60,072 nucleotides of DNA from a virus (Duplodnaviria > Caudoviricetes). The position numbers were made by a program, and so were the translations under genes. Below, one piece after another: positions 36,821-46,113 of the stretch (positions are counted from its first letter, which is position 1; every line of letters starts with the position of its first letter). Where the stretch lies: positions 1-60,072 of the IMG/VR virus record IMGVR_UViG_3300045838_000006, one strand, 5' to 3'. Under the pieces are notes generated by a model that made no database searches, was not told the DNA's origin, and saw only the letters and a list, made by a program, of their open reading frames with translations.

Positions 36821-39064
36821 TCAATTCGGTGGTGAACTCGGAGGATTTGCAAGCGCTTCCCGCAATTCAATAACACCTTGCGCCAGTTCCTGCAACGGGC
36901 GCCCGATGTCACTTACGAGTGACGCTTCGCGCTTCTGGTCAACAGCCGCCATCTTCGCCTCGAATTGCGCCACCACATTGAGCAGCTTTGCCTCAAAGTC
37001 CTTGGCGATCTTGTCAGCCTGTATCGCACGGTCGGCGTTTTCATCCGTTAGCTGTTTGGTTAGTGCCGCCTTTTCCATCGTCAGCGATTGTACTTGCTGC
37101 TGCATCGAGGATAGCAAAGCCTGGATCTGCGGCGGCACGTCTTTCATGTCCGGCTGAATGAGGGACGGATCAATCTTGCCGACCATGATAGCCAAGCGTT
37201 TAGTAATTTCATCGCCTCCCGGCCAATCCTGGTTCTTCGCCACCAAATCGGCAATAGCAGCAGCAAGCTGCGGATACGCCTGACCAAACGCTCGCAGGAA
37301 ATCCATCATCGACTCCGCGGCCTCGATCCGCTTCGTCGCGTAGGATGGCCCCACAGTGACAGCAACGCCATACTGTCCGAACGAGGGGTTGAAGATTTGC
37401 ATGGTCTTGCCGGTTCTCTCATCCGGCCGTTGGCCTACGGCTTTCCCAAGGTTCGGGTCTATCTCGACCCGCTCCTCCTTGTCGCCCTCCCGTAGAATGG
37501 TGACGATGCGCTTTCTCTCGTACACCTTGGGGATCAGCTCAAGAAACAACTCTCCCGTCCTGCGGAGCGACCGGGCGAGGTTATCGACGAGGTGGAACGT
37601 TCCAATGTCACCAGAGCGGCGAAGCTCTCTCAGAGCCCGTCCGCTTTCATCATAGACATGTTCTTTGGGTGACGGGTCGAAGCGAACACCCGTCGTGCTC
37701 ATCAAATCTTCGTTCGCGCCCGCGGCAGCGGTTACGAAAGCGGCCGGAACCCCGGCGGGTTGTTGACGCTGCGGAGGCGGGAGCGGTGGCCCGTTATACC
37801 CATCCGGCAGCGGTCGGTAGTGAAGCGTCGGAACCGGCTTGTTGTTCGCGACCTTCCACTCGTTCTCGTACCCCTCATCCTGCCCTTCCGCCATGATGAA
37901 CGGCGCATTGGGGACGAGAGCGATAGCCTCCGCCTCCTTGGTTTTCCAGAAATTCAGCGCCCGTTGTGCATCCTTGGCATGACGCACCAGCCCCCACACA
38001 ACCGATTTGCCTTCGATGTTGATCTCGTCGCCTATGATTTTAACAATGGGAACGGATTCACCGGGCCACGGCTTTTCGTCCAGAACCTCAATCGCCGTCA
38101 CCTTGTACCAAGTGACGGTCGGGCAATCGACTTCTCTACGCGAAATGATCTGCTCGTGCATCTCCGGTAGTTCATCCTCCCAGCCGACAAACCCGTTGTC
38201 GAGCATGACGGCTTCGCGCTTTTCGTACTCAATCTCGTAGTATTCCGCGACCCGAATCGAGTCTTGCGTCACCCAATTTTTGAACGTATCACCGGCGCCC
38301 GCGTTCATATTCCAAGAGATCGGCTGCGCATCGGGGTACTCATCGTCAAAATCCGAGCGCGTCATGTTTTCGGTGATAAATCCAAACCTCGCATCAGCTC
38401 CGGTGGGGTCTTTATGGTCAGGGTCCAGGTACACGCTAAAAGCATTGGGGATGCGCTCAAGCCTCAATTCTTGGTCAAAGGTCGGCTTTCCGGGTTCAGG
38501 TTTCGCATATTGCAGGATGATCCGCCAATATCCCCAGCCCTTCCGGGCGGCGCTCTCATAGGCTGTGTCGTAGGCAATATCCGCCGCAGAATCGCGTTCG
38601 ATGGCCTTGACCAGCGCGGCCATCATCTTCGCGCCCTCCGGGTCGCCGCGCTCTCCTACGGGGCTGTAATTGATCGCTGGGCGGTTCTGCCGCTGGTCAT
38701 TGGTGACCTGGTGAACGAGCGTCGGAAACTTATTGAACGTCAGGCACGGTCGCTTGTCGTTATTCCTGTCTGCCACGACATCCGAGGGCCACTGATCCCC
38801 GGCATAGAATTTGTCATCCTCCAACCCAGACTTTCTCTGATCGCTTTCGGCCCTCACGCAGCGGTCAAACCGCTTCCTGATCTTAGCCAAAAGCTTGGCG
38901 GTTTCGTCACCTGACCTCTTCTTGTCGCCGGTCTGGAGTCGACTGTCTTTGCTGCGTTCATCCGATGGCTTGGTCAAATTCGGCCCAACGCGATTCATCG
39001 ACGAATCGACACGCGGCATCGAAATTTCGCCCGAATCAGGGGCTTTATCAACCGCGTCAGCCAT
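36821..39064 (-). CDS. Portal protein (P22-like)
   Basis: FYAGDQW..RPCLTFN..QRQNRP..GWGYWRI..KDAQRALNF..VTVGPSYATKR. Confidence 0.92.
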   Translation of the reverse strand: MADAVDKAPDSGEISMPRVDSSMNRVGPNLTKPSDERSKDSRLQTGDKKRSGDETAKLLAKIRKRFDRCVRAESDQRKSGLEDDKFYAGDQWPSDVVADRNNDKRPCLTFNKFPTLVHQVTNDQRQNRPAINYSPVGERGDPEGAKMMAALVKAIERDSAADIAYDTAYESAARKGWGYWRIILQYAKPEPGKPTFDQELRLERIPNAFSVYLDPDHKDPTGADARFGFITENMTRSDFDDEYPDAQPISWNMNAGAGDTFKNWVTQDSIRVAEYYEIEYEKREAVMLDNGFVGWEDELPEMHEQIISRREVDCPTVTWYKVTAIEVLDEKPWPGESVPIVKIIGDEINIEGKSVVWGLVRHAKDAQRALNFWKTKEAEAIALVPNAPFIMAEGQDEGYENEWKVANNKPVPTLHYRPLPDGYNGPPLPPPQRQQPAGVPAAFVTAAAGANEDLMSTTGVRFDPSPKEHVYDESGRALRELRRSGDIGTFHLVDNLARSLRRTGELFLELIPKVYERKRIVTILREGDKEERVEIDPNLGKAVGQRPDERTGKTMQIFNPSFGQYGVAVTVGPSYATKRIEAAESMMDFLRAFGQAYPQLAAAIADLVAKNQDWPGGDEITKRLAIMVGKIDPSLIQPDMKDVPPQIQALLSSMQQQVQSLTMEKAALTKQLTDENADRAIQADKIAKDFEAKLLNVVAQFEAKMAAVDQKREASLVSDIGRPLQELAQGVIELREALANPPSSPPN

Positions 39065-39241
39065 CTAGTTCCGGCGCGGCGTGTATTTATCGCACCAGTC
39101 ATTCCGGTTTATCGTGCCTTGCACGATTTCACAGGTGCGAGAGTAAGGCTGAAAATGGCGACACTTCCCGCATTTCTCGCCGGAGCTCGGCTTTGCGGGG
39201 CCGTAATGAACTTCTGCCTTGGTGAACTTCTGCTCAGGCAT
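39065..39241 (-). CDS. HiPIP-like (4Fe-4S) small protein
   Basis: KAEVHY..CGKCRHF..CEIVQGTINRNDWCDKY. Confidence 0.7.
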   Translation of the reverse strand: MPEQKFTKAEVHYGPAKPSSGEKCGKCRHFQPYSRTCEIVQGTINRNDWCDKYTPRRN

Positions 39242-39581
39242 TGGTCGCGGCAGGAACCATCGAATCGGTGAAAGCAATGGTGTCGAGAATATCCTGAGCT
39301 GCCGAGAAGTCTCCCGCAGGAACGGGGATTAGAACGGCAGGCAGATCACCGGGCGCTACCGTTGGACTCGCGACCGCCGCCTGCACGATCGGCGCAATGT
39401 TTGCCACTTCGGTCAATACCGTGGGCTGAGCTGCCGAGGGGGTTCCCGCCGACGAGACGAAAGTTCCGACGTACTGGTTGCTGTTCTGACCGAAGCCTGT
39501 CACCTTTACGATCGTCTGCTTTGTGATGGGATCGGTTATCTGCTCGATTTGATACGGGGCGGGATCAGCCATGTCAGGCAC
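39234..39581 (-). CDS. Hypothetical protein
   Basis: Coupled ORF. Confidence 0.6.
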   Translation of the reverse strand: MPDMADPAPYQIEQITDPITKQTIVKVTGFGQNSNQYVGTFVSSAGTPSAAQPTVLTEVANIAPIVQAAVASPTVAPGDLPAVLIPVPAGDFSAAQDILDTIAFTDSMVPAATNA

Positions 39582-39765
39582 CGTCCTCTTCGATTACAGA
39601 ACTCTTACACCGGATCGCATCGGCTCGCGTGATGTGGCGATGGCCACACGAATAAACCGGCATCAGCTCTTCTGCCGTTTTTTGTGCGATCACAACCGCA
39701 GCAATCTGGTCAAGCCGCCCGCGCATTTTCGATAGCTCAGCGAGCAGAACATCCCAATCGGTCAT
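39574..39765 (-). CDS. Hypothetical protein
   Basis: Coupled ORF with CGHRH..C. Confidence 0.55.
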   Translation of the reverse strand: MTDWDVLLAELSKMRGRLDQIAAVVIAQKTAEELMPVYSCGHRHITRADAIRCKSSVIEEDGA

Positions 39766-39893
39766 CAATAGCCCTTGGTCTTTTTACCCGATGCCGGCTT
39801 TTTGATGCCCTTCGACACCGCCCCGACCTTCACCTGCTTGGGGAAGTTGCCGGGCTTCTTGCCCAATCCCGTCGTGATTCGCTTCATCTTCAT
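39765..39893 (-). CDS. Small Lys-rich protein
   Basis: MKMKRITTGLGKKPGNFPKQVK..; has an RBS. Confidence 0.55.
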   Translation of the reverse strand: MKMKRITTGLGKKPGNFPKQVKVGAVSKGIKKPASGKKTKGY

Positions 39894-40357
39894 GTGTCAC
39901 CCCTTTGTGTTGGTGTATTTAGCATACTGTCACTCGATATTCTAGCGCTAGCCTATTCACCGACCAGCCCTTAACGGGATAGGAACGCTGCCGAACGCGG
40001 CTCATTCGTTATAGATTGAGGCTGTCGATATAGTCGAAATAGACCTTCATCTCCGCCCGCATGTCAGGCATTTGCTCTGCCGCGCGAGTCGCTCGCTGGC
40101 GCAAAATTCGGCGATCTTCGTCGGTCCAGATCAGCGTTCCCGGTGGAGGGTGCCGCAGAACCACAGCAGATCCCACGGGATCGGCCACAGCGGACGAATG
40201 GGAGCATAGCTCCACTCCCCGGAACCATCGGATGAGACCCAGGAGAAATGCGGGCCAGGATAATTTCGCGACCATCGCGGGCAGATCTTTCCTCCAAACA
40301 GGTGCTTCATGCACAAGGCCCAGATGAGGCAATTCGAGCGGGGCGGAGAGGGCGGGG

Positions 40358-42214
40358 TCACTGCGCGACAACCTCGATGCACCCGACAGTCGGAACGCCA
40401 ACTGGCGTTGCCAAGGGCTCAAAATCGAAGCTGATGTAGCCGTGATCGGCAGTGATGGTGCCTTGGACAACCACAGCTTTATTAGCGCCCCCCGCATTAG
40501 CGAAGATGTCGTAGCCGCTCAATAAAGCCACGCTCTGCGCTCCGGTGTTGAGCGTCAGATTAAAGAGGCGCTGCCCTGTCGTGTTGCCTTCAATCTCGGC
40601 GAAGTCGATGTAGTATTTGTAGGACCGTCCTGCCTGTAGATTGTCGGCAAGATACTCGATGCCAGCCTCGTTAAAATCGTCGGACGCAATAACGCCCTTG
40701 CGCTGTTTCTGGTAGCATCCTTGCTGCGGCGACGGAGCCGGATCAGCGGTTGTGTTAATGGCGGTGGCAGTCGAAACCGTTGTGCCGTCCGCAGGAAACC
40801 CGCCCGCTGGGTTGCCGTTGTTGTCCGAGGTAGCCGCACACCCGCCCGTCAATCCGGAGTCTGTTTGTCCAGTCCCGCCGGGGTTCGTCGCCCAGCATGT
40901 CGCATTACTCGCAGTGAATGCCGAGATCAGAAAAATCCCCGTCGCGTGGGAGGCTAGCGATGAGGTGTTAAAAGTGCTTGTCTGTCCCGTTGTCGTGGCG
41001 CCAGACAGCACATCTTTGAATGTATAGGTGTTCGCCGTATTGACGCCGCACTTCGATGGATCGACCGCTATCGTTTGCGCTCCGGTTGCTGCGGTCTGTT
41101 CATTGACGGCCGCGATTGCGAGATTGCCGGTACTGAGACGCTTACAGTAAATCTCGAAAGTCCCAGCGTTGCCGTATCCGTTGGGCGTCTGCCCAAAGAC
41201 GCGACGGCCGCCATAGACCCAGGAATCTTTCAAAATACCGATCAGGTCGGCATTCTTCAGCGTCGCGAGTTCGGTTGCGCCCAAATTCCGCGGGTCGCAG
41301 CCCAAGACCCACGGGCTGCTGAGAACAGCCGCAAGGATCATTTGCGATACAGCTTCATTAGTGTTGAGCGACCCGCCTGTGCCGTTGTTGTTCGCCATCA
41401 GGTAGTCGATATCGGCAAAATGATAGGGGCCAATCACGCCGGGATGATGCACGGCGGCCCACACGTTGTTCATTACCTGACCGGATAATCCTCCTAAAAA
41501 ATCGAAGCTTGTGCCGGAGCAAGTCGTGGTACCAACATCCTTCGACAGCCGCCACGCCGTCCCGGCGCGGTTTCCGTAAGCAAAGGTCTGGGTATAGCCG
41601 TTGAAGGTTCCAGCCGAATAGCCGAACATATCAATATAGGGGATACCAAATCCATCCAGCGTCGTTTTTGCCGCCGTGAAAACCGAGCGGCCGCTGGCTA
41701 TCGCCGTCGCGCCTGAGAACAGGCCGCACCCATCGATCTTTATTACATCGAACCCTTGTGTCTGAAAAAAGAAAGAGAGATCGCTGTTGATGGTTCCTGC
41801 GCCCCAATCCTCACTTTGGCAGCCGATCTGTCCACCATCGCGATAAATTGCCGGATGTTGGCCGTTCGCCTTGATGTGTGACACCATCGTCGCGATACTG
41901 GTGAAATTGGCGCTCGCGACGGGGTTGCCCCCACTGCGGGTTACGGTGTTTCCAGTCTGAGCAGCCCAACCTTCATCAACTCCGGCGATAACCGGACCGC
42001 CCCATGCTGCTTGTAAACCTGAGCTAACGAGAAAGTCTGACACCGCTTGCATATAAGTCTGCGTCGGCGTCAGTCCTTGCGCATAGAAGCTGTTGAACCC
42101 GGTATACGGAACTGCGGCAAGCTGATTAAAGTCCGGCGGCGGCACTACGATCCCGGATATGGCCCCCATAAGGAAGCAGGCGATAACGGCCCCCAGGAAC
42201 AATCGCCGCATCAT
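40358..42214 (-). CDS. GH27 alpha-galactosidase-like enzyme with C-terminal malectin domain
   Basis: GFNSF, VDEGW, IKIDGC, WRLSKDV, ADIDYL, SPWVLGCD; malectin-like FAEI..GQRLFNL..YDIFANAGG. Confidence 0.85.
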   Translation of the reverse strand: MMRRLFLGAVIACFLMGAISGIVVPPPDFNQLAAVPYTGFNSFYAQGLTPTQTYMQAVSDFLVSSGLQAAWGGPVIAGVDEGWAAQTGNTVTRSGGNPVASANFTSIATMVSHIKANGQHPAIYRDGGQIGCQSEDWGAGTINSDLSFFFQTQGFDVIKIDGCGLFSGATAIASGRSVFTAAKTTLDGFGIPYIDMFGYSAGTFNGYTQTFAYGNRAGTAWRLSKDVGTTTCSGTSFDFLGGLSGQVMNNVWAAVHHPGVIGPYHFADIDYLMANNNGTGGSLNTNEAVSQMILAAVLSSPWVLGCDPRNLGATELATLKNADLIGILKDSWVYGGRRVFGQTPNGYGNAGTFEIYCKRLSTGNLAIAAVNEQTAATGAQTIAVDPSKCGVNTANTYTFKDVLSGATTTGQTSTFNTSSLASHATGIFLISAFTASNATCWATNPGGTGQTDSGLTGGCAATSDNNGNPAGGFPADGTTVSTATAINTTADPAPSPQQGCYQKQRKGVIASDDFNEAGIEYLADNLQAGRSYKYYIDFAEIEGNTTGQRLFNLTLNTGAQSVALLSGYDIFANAGGANKAVVVQGTITADHGYISFDFEPLATPVGVPTVGCIEVVAQ

Positions 42215-44382
42215 TTCTCTACAGTCAAAGTGCAACTGGAACCGCTCGCCATGTTCTCGCCGTTGTCTAGCTGGAACCGTAATCCGACCACCTGCGCGGA
42301 GGCGGTATAGACCGCATTATTTGCCTCGCCAGCAAGAACGGTTGCTCCGCTGTTGGCGTGGAAATCCATTGCTTCGACATGAACCCTGTTGCTTGATTTC
42401 AAATCGGCGATGCTGCCTCTCGTGCTGGTTCCACCTGTATCCGCGTCGGTAAACCCTACGCGCGCGCCGTAAGTGGCGACCTTATCTTCAGCGCCAGCAG
42501 GGCTGCCCGCAGACGAATAGACCACTTCCCATAAATAATGACCGGAAGTCGCGTCCCATGTTGGAGTTGCGGGCGTGCCTGTCCCCATTTGAACGGCGAA
42601 GGTTCTGCTATTGGTAGCACTGCCTTTGATATTGGTGCAGGTGAACGAATAAATACTGTTGTTCAGGTTGACAAAATCGAACGTGGCTGTCGCTCCGGCG
42701 GAGCTTATCGTCTGCGTACAGAGACCGCCGACAGAGGCGGTAAATCCGGTTGGACACGTCACGCCGCCGCCGCCGCAAGCGCCGCCGCTATCAACAATCT
42801 GCCCGTCAGTTCCGGAAAACTGCGCGCAATGAGTGCTTGTGATCGCACCAGTCGCGATTGCAACGTTTCCGGTATGAGCCGGAATCGAGGCCGTGATAGA
42901 ACCGAGCGCTCCCGTGACCGGCTGTAGTGTGATCGTGCCGCTGGTTGCGTTGCCCATCGTAACGCTGCCCGCCGTCCCACTGGCGCCAAGGGTCAAGGCG
43001 CCTGCGTTCGCGGTGGCGTTGGCATCGAAAGACGGTGCAGCGTTCGCCCCCGAAACGAGGAGCTGATTAGCGGTCGATGTCGTGACCTGCGTCCAAGCCC
43101 CTCCTGCGGCAAGCCCCGACAAGACGCCGTTGGCCGCTATGGCCGGAACCGTCGCGCCTGCCGAGATATTCCACTTCCCCGAAATCGTGCAGAACCACGC
43201 CGAGAAGTTTGCGGTCGAGAAGGCTGGAGAATTGCCGCCGGCCGAGCCGTTGTTGATAACGTCTGTGCCGTTTGCTGAGAACGTGACCGTGTTCGTCCCG
43301 CTGACGGAACCCGAGTAATCGTGCGCACGGAAGCATTTATTCGCACCGAACGATGCAATCGACGGCATCGGAATGGTCATCGCGCCACTGATTGACGTGA
43401 TGTCTACTTCACGGGAGCCTGCCGGGATGGCAGATTGCGTGCCTGATCCGGTGTATGTCGTGGGCGTTGTGCCGCCATCGACGCCGAAGCCGGTTGAGGA
43501 TCCAGCGCTTCCGTTTGAGGCGGCCGTGATCCGACCGTCTGCCGCAACCGTGAGATTAGTATTTGTGTAAGAGCCGGGCGTAACAGCGGTATTAGGGACC
43601 GATGTCGCAGCGATCGTGCCCGATCCAGACGCTGCTAGACTTGCGCCGGTGCCGACTACCATCGCTGCGGTAGTGTTCGTGCCAGCCGTCAGCGACGAAA
43701 AGGCTGAACTTCCTCCAGGGAAATTTAGACAGGTGTTGAGGTTGCAGTCAAAACTTAAGCCAGACAGACTTGATGCCGTGCTGCCAAGCGAGACGCCCGT
43801 GGTGCCGAGCGTGATGCTGCTGTTCGCCAGCATCGCGTTTGAAATGCCACCCGCCGCGACATTAAGCGTATTTGCCGCAGTGGTCAGCGCGCCGCCAAGG
43901 GCAAGCCCACCAAAAGTGCCGCTATTGTTGTACTGGATTTGACCGTTGGAGCCGCCCGGCGCTCCCCCGGTCGATCCCGGTACGGCACCCGCTACGAGCC
44001 ACCAGTTTAAATCTTGCTGTGCTTTAATCGTTGCACTCTGTCCAGCCGCCAACGCCAGCGAGGTTTGCGAGTTGCCATTAATGTAATGGGGTCTCCCCGC
44101 ATCATCGCCTAACACTTGAAACGTAATCGTACCCTTGTTGATTGGAACAAAACTCACGGTAAAGCCGGGGAAAAAGAATGGTCCCGGCGCCGGCAGTTTC
44201 ACCGTGATGTTGCCGGGATTCGTGAGAATGACATCCCAGCAATAGTCGTTGGTCGAGAGCGTGTAGACAGAGGCTCCGGTATTAGTCGATTGCGTTTGAG
44301 AGGGGCAGGTCGGTAAAGATTGCGCAAAACCGGGGGAACTAAGCGCCAGAACTCCGATCAGCCAGAGACAGAAGCGAAGCAT
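42211..44382 (-). CDS. Fibre-like Gly/Ser/Thr-rich protein with signal-like N-terminus
   Basis: PGGSNGQIQYNNSGTFGG, VTPGSYTNTNLTVAADGRITAASNG. Confidence 0.75.
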   Translation of the reverse strand: MLRFCLWLIGVLALSSPGFAQSLPTCPSQTQSTNTGASVYTLSTNDYCWDVILTNPGNITVKLPAPGPFFFPGFTVSFVPINKGTITFQVLGDDAGRPHYINGNSQTSLALAAGQSATIKAQQDLNWWLVAGAVPGSTGGAPGGSNGQIQYNNSGTFGGLALGGALTTAANTLNVAAGGISNAMLANSSITLGTTGVSLGSTASSLSGLSFDCNLNTCLNFPGGSSAFSSLTAGTNTTAAMVVGTGASLAASGSGTIAATSVPNTAVTPGSYTNTNLTVAADGRITAASNGSAGSSTGFGVDGGTTPTTYTGSGTQSAIPAGSREVDITSISGAMTIPMPSIASFGANKCFRAHDYSGSVSGTNTVTFSANGTDVINNGSAGGNSPAFSTANFSAWFCTISGKWNISAGATVPAIAANGVLSGLAAGGAWTQVTTSTANQLLVSGANAAPSFDANATANAGALTLGASGTAGSVTMGNATSGTITLQPVTGALGSITASIPAHTGNVAIATGAITSTHCAQFSGTDGQIVDSGGACGGGGVTCPTGFTASVGGLCTQTISSAGATATFDFVNLNNSIYSFTCTNIKGSATNSRTFAVQMGTGTPATPTWDATSGHYLWEVVYSSAGSPAGAEDKVATYGARVGFTDADTGGTSTRGSIADLKSSNRVHVEAMDFHANSGATVLAGEANNAVYTASAQVVGLRFQLDNGENMASGSSCTLTVEK

Positions 44383-44903
44383 TTGGTTCCTGTGCCGCTG
44401 ATCGCCGTCACAATCGCGGCGAAATACTGAAAAGGAGCTTGCGCTGTCGTATTGGCCGATACCGCGTTGGAGCCGCCTTGCTGGCTACTTGCGGCCACCG
44501 TCGAACCGATGTTCGTGAAGGTTAGACCGTCATTCGACCCGAGAAACTGCACGGTGCATGACGGGCCGCCTGACGCATTCTGCGCAACCACCTGAAAGGC
44601 TTGGTTGGTTGAGGGGCCGCCGGTAGCGGATTGAACTGAGGCGATCGTGTTCGTGCTAGACGCGGCTTGCGGGCTTGTCTGTGTCGCCGTCGCGCCGTTG
44701 AGATACGCTCCGTTCTGAAACCCGCCAATCAGCCAATAGACACCAGCATGAGTCGGCAGTGACACGGAGAGAGCAACAAGAAAGGCAAAGGCTGCCGCGA
44801 GCCGCTTGGCGAGAGACGCTACGCCTGCCGGCCGCACGTCAGCAGCTCTTGGTTCACTCGGTCGGACAGCGCGACCGTTGAGAAGCGGGCAGGCTAACCG
44901 CAT
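44358..44903 (-). CDS. Putative exported/virion accessory protein
   Basis: Hydrophobic segment ending in THA; VQFLGSNDGLTF; start codon uncertain. Confidence 0.6.
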   Translation of the reverse strand: MRLACPLLNGRAVRPSEPRAADVRPAGVASLAKRLAAAFAFLVALSVSLPTHAGVYWLIGGFQNGAYLNGATATQTSPQAASSTNTIASVQSATGGPSTNQAFQVVAQNASGGPSCTVQFLGSNDGLTFTNIGSTVAASSQQGGSNAVSANTTAQAPFQYFAAIVTAISGTGTKCFASVSG

Positions 44904-44964
44904 TAGGTGACACTCAGTCGTTTGTCACCTTGTAACACAAACACTTCACCAGTTCAATGTCACT

Positions 44965-45207
44965 TCACCCATCTTTACCGTTGTCGAAACGCGCGTAACC
45001 TGATTGGGGAAATCCGGGGGCCATCAACGTTTCAGTGGGAACCGATTCCAACACGAGCCCTGATTGGCGGCTCATGTGACCCCAAATCACGGTACCGCTA
45101 TTGGCATCTTCAAAATCTGTCTTGAAGGCGTCCTTATAGGCGCGCTTGAACGTCTCTATGACGGCTTCGCGGGTGAAAGCGTGCGCCTCAAGTTTCATAA
45201 CCCACAT
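44965..45207 (-). CDS. Hypothetical protein
   Basis: Coupled ORF. Confidence 0.55.
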   Translation of the reverse strand: MWVMKLEAHAFTREAVIETFKRAYKDAFKTDFEDANSGTVIWGHMSRQSGLVLESVPTETLMAPGFPQSGYARFDNGKDG

Positions 45208-45413
45208 TGTATCTCTCCCGGTTCTTCACCGCGCTCGATCGCTTGTGTCAGTTGGTGAAGCGCGTCATTCTTTCGATCCCGCCATCCCTTTCCGCCAGGG
45301 TTCGGGATGATGGTGAAGTGCGGTTGCTTGCCGGGTTCGGATACACCGATCCAAGCGACCTCGCAGCCGTGCTTGACCGAATACGAACGGAACTCGCGAT
45401 AGGAGAGGGTCAC
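45195..45413 (-). CDS. Hypothetical protein
   Basis: GTG start coupled to the upstream stop. Confidence 0.55.
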   Translation of the reverse strand: MTLSYREFRSYSVKHGCEVAWIGVSEPGKQPHFTIIPNPGGKGWRDRKNDALHQLTQAIERGEEPGEIQCGL

Positions 45414-45547
45414 TTTTTCTTTTTCGCCGAGCGCCGCTTCTGATTGAGGGCAGCAGCGACCGCCTGCTTCTGCGGATATCCCGACGCCTTCATCTCGCGG
45501 ATGTTCGCCGATACCGTGGCCTTGCTGGTTCCCTTCTTTAAGGGCAT
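45410..45547 (-). CDS. Small basic phage protein
   Basis: MPLKKGTSKATVSANIREMKASGYPQKQAVAAAL, a type often seen near packaging genes. Confidence 0.7.
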   Translation of the reverse strand: MPLKKGTSKATVSANIREMKASGYPQKQAVAAALNQKRRSAKKKK

Positions 45548-45717
45548 CGGCTCGCCCCTCCCTCAATGACCCGCACCGCCGCCCTCGGGGGGGCGAGTGT
45601 TTCAATATATTTCATCTCGCCGATGATCCGATCCGCACTCGGCAAATCGGGCGCTTGGATCAATCGAGCCGCCAGCCTCTTCAATTCAGCCAGCCGCCAA
45701 AGGTTCTGCGGTGTCAT
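45538..45717 (-). CDS. Hypothetical protein
   Basis: Coupled 59-aa ORF. Confidence 0.5.
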   Translation of the reverse strand: MTPQNLWRLAELKRLAARLIQAPDLPSADRIIGEMKYIETLAPPRAAVRVIEGGASRCP

Positions 45718-45911
45718 ACCTTCTTCCCCCTCCGCTTGTTACGCTTGTTCAAGATCCCCCGCACCATCCGGTTATGCTGCGCTTTCACCTTGGCCGCGCT
45801 TGGCTGGCCCGCCATCGCGTTGTAGAGACAGACATCCTCGAGGGTGATCCTCACCACGCCATGCTCGGCGATGAACCGATCAATCAAGGCAAGCTCGTCA
45901 GCGCGGGTCAT
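45714..45911 (-). CDS. Hypothetical protein
   Basis: Coupled ORF. Confidence 0.55.
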   Translation of the reverse strand: MTRADELALIDRFIAEHGVVRITLEDVCLYNAMAGQPSAAKVKAQHNRMVRGILNKRNKRRGKKV

Positions 45912-46113
45912 TCTCGACTTTCGCCACCACTTCGGCGATCATGCGGGACTGTGGCATATCCTCTTCGCGCTTAACCCCCGTTTCAGCCGCCTCTATCGCT
46001 CTGACAGCCTGATCCCAGCCGACCCACATATGCCCCTTCGTGAAGCCGTGCGTCAGCTTGTCGTAACGCCAACCAGCTTGCTTCATTGCCGACTTGATGT
46101 CCGTCGCTTGCAT
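45898..46113 (-). CDS. Hypothetical protein
   Basis: ATG coupled to the TerL stop. Confidence 0.55.
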   Translation of the reverse strand: MQATDIKSAMKQAGWRYDKLTHGFTKGHMWVGWDQAVRAIEAAETGVKREEDMPQSRMIAEVVAKVENDPR

